Source: Mytilus californianus
Taxonomy: Eukaryota
DNA: 64,000 bases
Direction: 5' to 3'
Assembly: GCF_021869535.1 (NCBI RefSeq)
Contig: NW_026262593.1
Coordinates: 47,616,001 to 47,680,000, forward strand
The position numbers and the translations under genes were made by a program. The notes beneath the pieces are model-generated. The model did not search any database and was not told the DNA's origin. It was given only the letters and a program-made list of their open reading frames with translations. Below are positions 10,901 to 21,100 of this stretch, piece after piece. Numbering within the stretch: the stretch's first letter is position 1; the number at the start of each line of letters is the position of its first letter.

Positions 10901-13240
10901 ATGACCCCTGGGGACTAACCCTGTATTTCATTTGATGTGCTTTATCATGACAAACCAAAATATATATGGTTTAGGGATGGGGGTCTTGACTACTTCCAAG
11001 ATATTAAAACTTTTTCAAATGGCAGGAGGTGGGGGTAACCCCTGGGGACTAAGCTTTTATTTCATTTCATGTGCTTTATCATTTAGAACATTTTCAATTA
11101 TAAATAGTGTCTATCACTAACTGTTTTCAACTTATAATCATTTGAAAATAAAAAAAAAGATAAAATTCCATAGTGTTCTATAGTAAACCCCTCCTTCCTT
11201 TATGCCCCTCAAAGTACCCCTTTATAAACCCCAATGCACAAACAAAACCCTGATTGCACCACTAGACATGTTAGTCTAACATATTGTGAAACCTTAAGTT
11301 AATCTGACCAGTATTTTTGGAGAACGGGTGCGTACAAGATCGGCGGAAGAAGAAGAAGAAGAAGAAGAAGAAGAAGAAGAAGAAGAATAAAAACTAGATT
11401 TGTAATTGCTAGTAATAACGGATGGCACCCTTCCCCCATTGCCAGGGTAACGGCAGCCATTTTGAAAATTCCAAAGTCAAAGAGAACATCTACACATGCC
11501 AATCAACATTTCTGTAAAGTTTCATTAAGTTTGGAGCACTTTGAAATTTTGGACATTTTTGCTGTTTCCATGGTAACGGCGGTCATTTTGAAAATTCCAT
11601 ACCCCGATTGCAAATCTGCACATGCTGGTTAACATTATTGTATAGTTCAATTAACATTGGTTCATACAATTCTGAGATATAAGCTGCACAAAAAAAGTGG
11701 AAGAAAAATAAAAATAATAAGAAAAAAAGAAATGTAGAATAACAATATGTCACCCCAACTCCGTTGAGGGTGCCATAATAATAAGAACTGAGCAAAAACA
11801 ATAAGTCTTCTGGAGACTTAATAAGCTAATATCGTCACGGGAATTCGTTAATTGATTTTATTTATGGTGTTATTCTTTCAATAATTTCTGGTTTTCATCA
11901 GGCGCAGTCAGACAGTTCATTAGACGTTAATGTTCTAAACACTTCTCCTTCTTTGCCTTTCTTATGAAAAGCAGTCAACAGCGGGATTAGATAGTGCAAT
12001 AACTAACAACCCGTCCACTTAAAGCACTCTTCTAAAAATATTAAAGTTATCCCAATCGAAGATAAAAGAAAAGATTACCATTCATTTTACAATGCTTTCA
12101 GATCAACTTTTCCTGAGGTAACAATATCAGTAAACCGAAATGCAAAAGCAAACTACTTAGCTATTGAACCCCGATGCATGTTTTGGTTAATATAATAAGT
12201 TATACAATGCTTTCAGATCAACATTTCCTGAGGTAACAATATCAGTAAATTGAAATGCAAAAATAAGTTAGTGTGACAGACACTATTTCAATATATTGTT
12301 ACAAGAATCCAACAACAACAAATTACATGAATCCTTGTTAATTGTGCGCTTTAATACAACATTATATGAATTGATTGCAACTCGATTGATGTACCAATGG
12401 TTATTTTGTTACTTCTTTTTTATGTTTTTTAACTTTTCATAAATTATGATGTATTACATTTTTACGAAATCCTATTAACTCATCTTGTGAGTACTTTTGG
12501 ATTTCTGATTGTAAATACCATCCAATATGACTCTATTGTGTGATCTTCAGTGTAAAACAATAGAGGAAAGACGAAGCAGGTTAAAACGATACCATTTTAT
12601 GTCTTCCAATTATACATTACAATAAATTTAGGCGACACGTACTATATTCTTTGAAATCTGTGGGGTTCATGCTCTATCTGTATTTACCAATAACAAAAAG
12701 TAAAATATTTAATTTTGTTAAACATTACACCGGAATTGTAGTTCTCTTTCCGGTAAATTATTTTATCCATATTGATAGAACTTTCACCTGCGGAAAAAAT
12801 ATCTTCACCGCACGAAACGTCGCGTGCTTTTGCGTGTATATTTATGGTAAATACTTTTGATGTACAATTGGTTTTGGTAAGTAATTGTCTTTTGAAAAAC
12901 TAATATTCACTTTGGCCGCTGTCCTTAGTGAATATCAGTTTTTAAAGGTCAATAAACCACACATATACCTCATCAAAAGACAATAATGGTATAATATTGC
13001 AAGATATATTATTATTCAAAGTCTGTGTTTCGCGAATTTTTAGTTGAAGAGAATTTTTTTCAGGTAAATAAATGTCTTTCCAGTGCTATGATGCCTGTTG
13101 GGGGAAAGCAAGCTGTTGCAGAAGTTATGATTTTTGAACATAGTAAAGAGAAAGATTTGTTCTTTTTTCCGGGATTAACAGATGATATGATAGGTAATAA
13201 AAGTAACAGTGATTTTAAGGTAAAACACATTGTTATATAA
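1655..13240 (+). CDS. Caspase-2-like pseudo-caspase, paralogue 1: join(1655..1954,5552..5777,6350..6460,8590..8705,13064..13240); upstream exon(s) not identified
   Basis: Five exons with GT-AG sites and compatible phases (0,1,1,0) give one open frame. It carries caspase landmarks in order: VYHMTSKKKGKFLSISNV, DSLVVVILSGG, KNKPKIVIIRTYSF, DDLFVVSSQP, GSYFIQAF and DLFFFPG. Catalytic His and Cys are absent. Confidence 0.85.
1727..1855 (+). repeat. Coding minisatellite: 3 x 42 bp (TEEKSPDDSKSKKC)
   Basis: Units start at 1727, 1769 and 1811 and are in frame; unit 2 has NF in place of KS. Confidence 0.95.
2190..2460 (-). mobile_element. HINE/pearl-like element remnant
   Basis: Contains reverse-complement copies of the CATGAAATGAGGTCAAGGTCAGATGAAC-type unit also seen at ~18880-18915. 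Confidence 0.45.
3630..4240 (+). repeat. Dispersed repeat family A, long copy
   Basis: Nearly colinear with 7350-7990 and with the reverse complement of 63365-64000; conserved end GGAGAGTTGTCTCATT..ACTCATACCACATCTTCTT. Confidence 0.85.
5058..5453. mobile_element. Palindromic MITE-like element
   Basis: Imperfect ~70-bp inverted arms span 5058-5217 around a GCGCGTAGCGC loop; a second inverted pair TTTATTACATTGG / CCAATGTAATAAA lies at ~5218-5453. Confidence 0.65.
5552..5777 (+). CDS. Paralogue 1 exon B (degenerate catalytic region)
   Basis: AACAG acceptor and GTATAT donor; phase 0-1. Encodes DMKKFLDEH...DSLVVVILSGGV...GEIYDKDG...NKPKIVIIRTYSFE. Confidence 0.9.
6350..6460 (+). CDS. Paralogue 1 exon C (intersubunit linker and start of small subunit)
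   Basis: TTTTTGTAG acceptor and GTACGG donor; phase 1-1. Encodes EETETSDVLDAEKADLPFYKTEPNKDDLFVVSSQPRT, homologous to 25555-25659. Confidence 0.8.
7350..7990 (+). repeat. Dispersed repeat family A, long copy
   Basis: Colinear with 3630-4240, with the same 3' end. Confidence 0.85.
8590..8705 (+). CDS. Paralogue 1 exon D (small subunit, GSYFIQ helix)
   Basis: TTTCAG acceptor and GTAATG donor; 116 nt, phase 1-0. Encodes KKGPWIIGDHMNGSYFIQAFIHVFKNMAHEQSFMDMMIQ. Confidence 0.9.
9590..11085 (+). repeat. G-rich satellite array, ~11 units of 122-134 bp
   Basis: GGTTTAGGGG anchors at ~9663, 9785, 9908, 10033, ~10166, 10300, 10432, 10566, 10700, 10834 and 10968. Confidence 0.95.
11346..11387 (+). 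repeat. (GAA)14 microsatellite
   Basis: Read directly from the sequence. Confidence 0.95.
11393..11779 (+). mobile_element. Second HINE-like element nested in the first
   Basis: Starts with ACTAGA, has two ~120-bp internal repeats (GGTAACGGC..CCATTTTGAAAATTCC) and ends in a CACCC...GGGTG hairpin plus ATAAT. Confidence 0.55.
12088..12262 (+). repeat. 60-bp local direct duplication (period 115)
   Basis: TACAATGCTTTCAGATCAAC(T/A)TTTCCTGAGGTAACAATATCAGTAAA..GAAATGCAAAA occurs at 12088-12147 and 12203-12262. Confidence 0.9.
13064..13240 (+). CDS. Paralogue 1 exon E (C-terminal strand, FFFPG, stop)
   Basis: TTTTTTTCAG acceptor, phase 0. Encodes VNKCLSSAMMPVGGKQAVAEVMIFEHSKEKDLFFFPG..., with TAA at 13238-13240 and AATAAA at 13338-13343. 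Confidence 0.85.
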   Translation, partial: VNKCLSSAMMPVGGKQAVAEVMIFEHSKEKDLFFFPGLTDDMIGNKSNSDFKVKHIVI

Positions 13241-15045
13241 GCCTATATTTTGGCACGGAGGCGAGATACTGTCATCCTATATTTTCGTGGTCGACGTTGA
13301 TTTGGTTCGGCTTTTGGTTTAAAAATTGTTAGATATCAATAAATTGGTCAATTATTTAACAAACTTTGAAAGAAGCTTTTATATGATAAAAACAAAACAG
13401 TATGCAGAAACAAAATATTGATAATTTCTTTTTCATTTTTCCGTATTGTACTGATAAATGGTCTTATTTCTTCAGCAGTTTACAATTAGAAACTGTCTGA
13501 TTATTTTGTTCATTCATCAATTACTTTTGCAAACCTTCATGAAGTTTAATCAAGCTTGGACAGTTGGTTCTTCATTATAAAAAGACGGTTTCCAGAGCAA
13601 AATTTCTGTAATATTAGTATAATTGTTTCCGTATTTTTTTATGAATGGACTTTGTAGTGAATTTTAGATACAGATTGGGTTTTAACATCTTTTACTCGTC
13701 TAACGTAACAAAAAATATGTCTAGTATCTTTGATGATTTTTGTAAGACATCAATATCTTTACAAAACAATCATAGAATGCATGCAAGGAAGCAACATTTA
13801 GATTTGTTTTAAATTTTTTAATATTTAACTAATAGACAGCATAGGTTTATTCCAGTTAACATTTACATAAATCTTGTGTTTAATCTCCATTAAATGTTAC
13901 GACAGAAGCTTCTGTTTGATCAAGAAATAAGACCAAATTAAGAAAGATACACATAAAAAATAAACACATATAGGCGCTCAATTCGAAATAGACAGTTTAG
14001 AATGCAAATATATACTAGAATATTTTACTCAGACATGTTTATGTTTAATTACTTTCGTTTTTTATTTTATTTTGAGGGAAAAAATGATAATCATGAATCA
14101 ATAAACTAAATGTATTGCATTTTTGCCTTAAAGTCATATGAAACTTCAAATTCGAAAAGCTGAATATGTTTTATATACTTGAATGGCTAAGTTGCATTAT
14201 AAAACAAGTGTACATAGACTTTCTAGTAAAAGAAAATCCATTATCTTATCAAAATCTTCAGAAATGTACTGCTATTGAATCATTGTCCTCCCAAACACTA
14301 ATTCGCTGATATTTTTCCGTATGCAGTGACCTTAACTACAAGACCTCTCTTAAGAACTTCGGCCACCGCACAGCGCAAGTGCGAGGAAAAACCGTGATGA
14401 CAGAATGTAAACAGACGTACACTTGACGGTAAATAGTAATAATTGATTCTTAAAAAACAAGTTGAATACACAAAATCATTTAACAACAGTTATTGAAAAG
14501 TTTATTAAACACATGGGAACGCATAGAAAAATTAAAAAAAAATTAACATCGCTCTTTCAATTCACTTATTTTTACATGCTCCACGTGCTTCTGTGTTTAT
14601 TGTTTATCAATGTCACGATCCGGTAGACTTTGGAAACCAACTCGAAAGTTAATGAGCTTGCGATCAATAATCACCGAATGAATGTTATGTGTCGATTATA
14701 CGTTATACATTCGTAGAAAATGAATATAGGACTTAGTTTAGTATATATGCATGCATTGGTTCAATAATTTCCTGAACATTACAATTGTTTGAAACTCGTT
14801 TCGTATGACTTTAAATCAATAAGTTTTATAAGAATAAAATATCACTCTGTAAATAAAGACCGATTATGCATTTTTTTATCATCTTGGTTTTGTATCTAAT
14901 TTCATTTCATATTTGTATACCAAGTCAATTAACATGATAAATACTTAAGGTAAACATATTTGATCAATAAAATAACAGAATCGATTGAAACAATGTTTAA
15001 ACATGATCTCAATATTGCCTACTGTTATGCCTACTATTCTTAAAG

Positions 15046-15149
15046 TTCCTCCTTGGCCAGACTTGGTAACCGTTAGAAATACAGTGCGGAAGCAAGATAT
15101 CAAACTGAGCTCATTGGATTTCTATAACAAAATATCAAAAGAAAGAAAG
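15046..15149 (+). CDS. Paralogue 2 upstream exon (segment preceding large subunit)
   Basis: AAG|GTATTT phase-0 donor at 15150 joins in frame to 16143. VPPWPDLVTVRNTVRKQDIKLSSLDFYNKISKERK resembles the caspase-2 pre-p20 segment (VKPCTPEFYQTH). The 5' boundary is uncertain: acceptor at 15045 or ATG at 15027. Confidence 0.6.
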
Positions 15150-18100
15150 GTATTTATTACCAGAATATTTAGTTATAAGCTTACTATACTCAACTAATCA
15201 ATACAAGGAATTTCCATCAGTGTTATCTGTCCATTATTTGTAAATTTCTGTTTATCATGAACAACGGAACAAAAGTGAACATAGTATGCCTATATCGTTT
15301 TTTTTTTCTTTTGAATCCAGTGCTTCTTCATATCAACCAATACCACTAATTGTTTGAAAAGATCGTACGAGGAATTATTTTATTTTAAATGTTGATTTAT
15401 TTTATGAACCTTCTGTACTAATAAATGGTCAACTGTTAAGGACAGACATTGTCAAGATTTTAAACTCACATGGCCTATGCCATCGAATGGTGTTTGTTGG
15501 TCATTATTGTCCTTTCTTTAAGTAGCATTTACATTTTGTTCTCTACTTAAGCCCTTCTTTACTGAATGAAATCAAACTTGATACAAATGCGTCTTGCCGG
15601 GTGTTTTTCGAGGGTTGCTGCATTGCTGTCTTGGCATGTAACAGCTTCTGATTATTTGGAAATTTAAACTTCAACTGGAGAAACAACTAGATTCAAAATT
15701 GTCAGAAATGTTCAATTAAACGTTTTTGGAATGACTACTGATGCTAGATGGGGGTTAATTTTTATCGTATTAGGAAATCATATTGGATCTCACTTGGAAG
15801 AACAAATTAAACTGAAACCAAAATAAGCAATAATAATCTTTACAAAAACATTAATCAAATAAAGAAAACCAATGACCACATCATACTCATCATTGGACTG
15901 GTTTTAAATACAATAACAAAATTGTAACAAATAAGCTTTCAGCAGATATAACTGTTTTTACTCTAAGCATAAAGAAGTCATGAAATCAAATAATACAGGA
16001 ATGTTTTGTAGAAGGTACTTAATATTATATGTTGCTTTAGTTCTGATAAACTGCTTCTTGCCAAATTGAGGAGTCATTTCAGCCACGATTTGTAGAAAAA
16101 AGTATATTAAAAATATCTTTATATTTTTAATTTTCTTTTAAGATTTACCCATTGACAAACGGCTACAAAAGAGGGAAGTGTATTTTGATATCGAATGTTC
16201 ATTGCCAGAACAAAGACGACGGGAAGAAAACACAAAGGCATTCGGAGTGTTCGAGTAAATTGGACTTTGATTTAACCAACATAGGTCAGCTATTGAAATT
16301 CATTGGTTATGATTTCGACCAGATTAAGAATTTCACAAATGAGGTATTGTATCAATTACATGTATTTTCGTCGACCTAAAAACTAAATCTTTGATACGAT
16401 TAATTTTTTTAAAGTATTGTTAACAATCAAAATATAGTTATAATACCCCTGCTTTTTGAGGGTGCCGTATAGTAGGGTGCCCAATGTCCAAAAAGTCCTC
16501 TAGTTAACGAGTTTAAGTTAACGGATAACATACGGCTAATTTTTTTTTGCAAATTATAGGAAAATCAGTATATTTTACAATTATGATTGTCGTCGTAAGT
16601 TCCCATGGTCACAATTTTCTAATTTTCGTGTTTTTACAGGGTAACCCCAGATACAGTATTGTACGTGGAATCTTTAACATGAAAAATAAAATTATTACGC
16701 TCCTTGTTGGCGGTTTAAATAGTACTTATAATATAGTTTATATCTTAAATATATCATATAACCAAAAGCGGAAAGTATTTAAGTGATTTTAGTATAATTA
16801 TTTCAGCATTTTAGTAAGACTAACATTTTACCCGAAATTTACCACATTTTCATCGAAAGCAAAATTATAACGTGTATCATCACGATATTTTTTACTCTGA
16901 TTAAAGCAATAAGACACGGTGCATGTGTGTGCCAAATTTCATGTGTGAAATGAAAGTAGTTTTGAAGAAATTAGCAATTAAAAACACAAATTAAGTCAAC
17001 ATTTTGACATTGATTGAACATGGATTATCCCGTGACATTCATCATTTTGTTGCTTACACTATTAGGTCATTAACAAGGACAGTGGTCACTCAATACATTT
17101 CTCATTTTGCTTGTTGTGTGTTGTTTTGAATAGCCAGCTAACTTTGTAAATTGTTATTTTCTTCTGAGGAATATGTTTTGTGTCTGTTTTTCAATACTTT
17201 AAACTTTTTATTGAATAGATATTTTTGTTATAATTGTAGTATAAGCATCAAATCGGTCAGTTTCGTTTCACACCCGGAATATGGCACATCAAGCCTATTT
17301 ATGGTCTTGCATGATGTTTTCAACCTAAATCCCCCTCAGTGTGAACGACAACAAAAATGTATCACCGTTCGTGCTTTAAATTATACACCAGCAAACACAA
17401 CTGAAATAATTTCAAAGCTGAATTGGCAATAGGTTTGTCCCAGCAAACCACTGAGCATGCTGAAGCCAATGACCTATATGTGCGAAGCTGACAGCAGGAA
17501 ATTTTTTTTCCGGTTTGACCTTTTTTTTTCATTTGTTGCTACGCATGCTTATTTTTTTCCGCGGCTTTGCTGCGCGAAAATTTATTTTCACTTTTGTACA
17601 CATTTATATCCTCAACTTTCCTGTATTTCATGTTGCAGAGTATTCATTTTCATCCGGTCTTGTGCAAAGTTATTTATTTTCAGTTCATACCAGGCCAAAT
17701 TATTGATTTTCAAAATCCTCCTCCCTTCCCTCCTTTCGAAATCAAATGGTTGTCCCCTTACTGAAAGCTAATGAAAGGACGTCATCAATTAATAGTCTGA
17801 GAAGAGTATGATCATAAACATAATTACCGTAAAAACTAGGATTCTACTGGTACAGCATGTTTTACTAACTGACTGAATTATGTCGAAATTCTTAGAGAAA
17901 AGGATTATACATTCTTTATATGCCTGTCCCATGTCACGATCGAGCCGGTATTTGAGTGGTTTTCGTTGGTTCATGTCTGATTTCTTTGGGTAAATTGTTT
18001 CGTTATTAATTAGGCCGTTGGTTTTCTCAAATGAATTGTTTCAATTTTTTATACCCGGGCCTTTTATAGCCGACCATACGGTATGTGTTTTTTCTCATTG

Positions 18101-21100
18101 TTGAAGGCCGTACGGTTGCCTATAACTGCTTACTTCCACATCTCCTTATTTTTATATTATACAAGTATTACATCAATTTAACATTTATTTATCAATGTAC
18201 CATGTAAATGAGGTCAGATGAACTCTGCCACAAAGACATAGATATAAGAAGATATGGTATGAGTGCCAATGAGACAACTCTCCATCCAAGTCAAAATTTA
18301 TAAAAGTAAACCATTATAGGTCACAGTACGGTCTTTGTACACTTTGCTACTATTCCAAACACCATATGCCTGTCCCATGTCACGATCGAGCCGGTATTTG
18401 AGTGGTTTTCGTTGGTTCATGTCTGATTTCTTTGGGTAAATTGTTTCGTTATAAATTAGGCCGTTGGTTTTCTCAAATGAATTGTTTCAATTTTTTATAC
18501 CCGGGCCTTTTATAGCCGACCATACGGTATGTGTTTTTTCTCATTGTTGAAGGCCGTACGGTTGCCTATAACTGCTTACTTCCACATCTCCTTATTTTTA
18601 TATTATACAAGTATTACATCAATTTAACATTTATTTATCAATGTACCATGTAAATGAGGTCAGATGAACTCTGCCACAAAGACATAGATATAAGAAGATA
18701 TGGTATGAGTGCCAATGAGACAACTCTCCATCCAAGTCAAAATTTATAAAAGTAAACCATTATAGGTCACAGTACGGTCTTTGTACACTTTGCTACTATT
18801 CCAAACACCAAATATATTTGACCCACTACTTATAGTATCTGAGATAAGGACTTAACCACTGAAACTTAACCTTGTTCACTGATCCATGAAATGAGGTCGA
18901 GGTCAGATGAACCATGTATGACCGACATGTAGACCTTACAAGGATACCATATATTAGTAACCAAATATAGTTATCCTAGATGCGACGGATACGAAAGGGA
19001 CATTCAAACTCACAAGTGAGACATTCACATGACGAAAAAAGGCTATACAGTTTTTTAGCAGTCACTTAACCATGAAAATGAGGTCAAGGACAATGATTAT
19101 ATGACAGACGGGAACTTTGTAACACAATGGATCTATATACAAAGTATGAATCATCCGATTCATCTACCCTCTGAAATATAAAGATGTACAAATAGTTTAC
19201 GGTGTTGCCGCCGCCACCATCAGATTGTATGCTGTATGCCTCGCATTCTGCGACTTGCTTCGAATGCGATTTAAAAAGGAACAACTGAAATTAGCTCTCT
19301 TACCTAAACCTGGTCGGTGGGCTTTCAACTAAACAGTAGATAATGAAACGTAATAGCTACTGCTAGCTTCGGCAATTTTTCTATGTCGTTTCCTTCTGAT
19401 TAAAATTCTGATCTATGTTATCTCGTGTGCTCGTATATATAAGCTCATATGAGGATATCGAAATCAGAGATCTATATTTTAATTAGATTGATGTTGTTTA
19501 CAACCCTCTTTTTGTAGATAATCTTTAACTCCATGTCAATTATATGCCAATTTATGCTCAATAAGGCATATAAGTGTGTAAGATGTAGTGATTTACCTGT
19601 TTCTAATTGTCATTTTGTTTTCATATATACTTTAACAGAAACCCTCCCCCTTTTTCACCGTTTGCAGTTTTTTTTTATTTCTATAAAGCAAAGATATACT
19701 CAGACCTGCTAATTCAATCCATTCTGCGTTAATACTACACCAGTTTTGGAACTAAGTACAATTTTATGTGCTTCCAAAATCACCAAAATAAAATTGGATA
19801 TTTACCGAGAAAATCATTACGAACACCTCCTATCAACAGACGGAAAAATAACATTTTGGGAGGGCAACTTTAAAATGTTAATATCTAAAAAAAACATCTC
19901 TAGAGATCACTTGTATCGAATCTTATGTAAAAATTTCGAATTTGGAAATTTTAATAGGTCAAGGTCACTGTTATTTAACAGCTGAATGAGAATTGTAAAT
20001 GTGCACCCTATAAGTACAAATATCAATCTCGAACCATATTTGGCAACATAAATATCAAATTAGTCCTAAATATAGAAACTATAGTTATAATCCTTTGAAT
20101 TATTCTAATTTATTTTTCTATAAACGCATATATGTAGGGGCAGCCAGCTGTCTAAACTTGACTCTGCGTTTTCCCTGAAATTTTAGTTTTGACCTTTGAC
20201 CCAAATTTAGGAAAATCCTGACCACTGTAGACAACGACGACATCATTATTTCGATGAGGCTTGTTCTCCTCTTTTTAATGATATCAAATACAGCCGTGTG
20301 TTATTCCGTTAACCCAAATATCGATCAAATTCGTTGACTGGGCACCCTACTAGTATTAAGTGATAGATGTGACTGTCCGTTAGTCTTTCTTTCCCTTGTA
20401 TAAACCTGAATCTGCTACACAGTTGCTTACCAGTTTTGACAACAAAAAAACTCACATGATGTGTATGAGATCTTCTTATTTGATTGATGTTTTTTGTAAA
20501 TCACTTAGGAAAAGATCATATACGCGCATTGCAGAAAGTCAAACGCCCTTAATCAGAACGTAATAGAACTTCCTCTGAAACTTCACACTATTTTGACATT
20601 GTGCATCTTCTTTTTCAAAACGAATTGTCTAAGGGTTTCCCGTGGCAAGTCGTGGATTTACCATGATTGCTGTATCATTGGGTACCATTTTTGTACTATA
20701 ATCTATCCTCATCTCCTAAAAAAACATATCAAAATATGTAATCCTTTTTCATTATCTAACCACAATGTATTTTGCATCGGTACAGAAGACATATTGTCTG
20801 ACGTTTCTGTCCGGCATATGTCAAATGTCAATAATCTATTTTTCATGGACTGCAAACAACATTTTTCGTATTCCACTACTTTTACCTATAGGTAAAATAT
20901 ATATATCGTGTATATTGAATATATCAAAATAGCAAGTTTTTTTTTAATAATAATAGACATAGATCAACTATTTTCTGTGTGTAGAATGATTGTCAGTGTT
21001 CGTCTGAACTTGAACTCATTAGCATGATTTTTTGGTCAAGTTCATTTTTTTTTAATAGAACAGTTTAGTCAGACACCAAATTTATGAGTGAAGTATAGTT

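Larger units (their letters stand above)
9459..11823 (+). mobile_element. HINE (Helentron-associated)/pearl-like non-autonomous element carrying a satellite array, with a second element nested near its 3' end
   Basis: Starts with AACAAG, then central tandem array, (GAA)n and a terminal AAGTCT...AGACTT hairpin at ~11803-11820. This architecture is typical of bivalve HINE/pearl-like elements. Confidence 0.6.

Noticed and set aside
9764-11120. Repetitive ORFs in the array, and CRISPR-like, telomeric or G-quadruplex readings of it
   Set aside because: The ORFs are by-products of the tandem repeat. There are no unique spacers and only single TTAGGG-like words. The G-runs do not form four closely spaced tracts and compete with a GGGGTC...GACCCC hairpin.
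11299-11502. Poly-Leu signal- or TM-like ORF
   Set aside because: It is simply the reverse complement of the (GAA)14 microsatellite.
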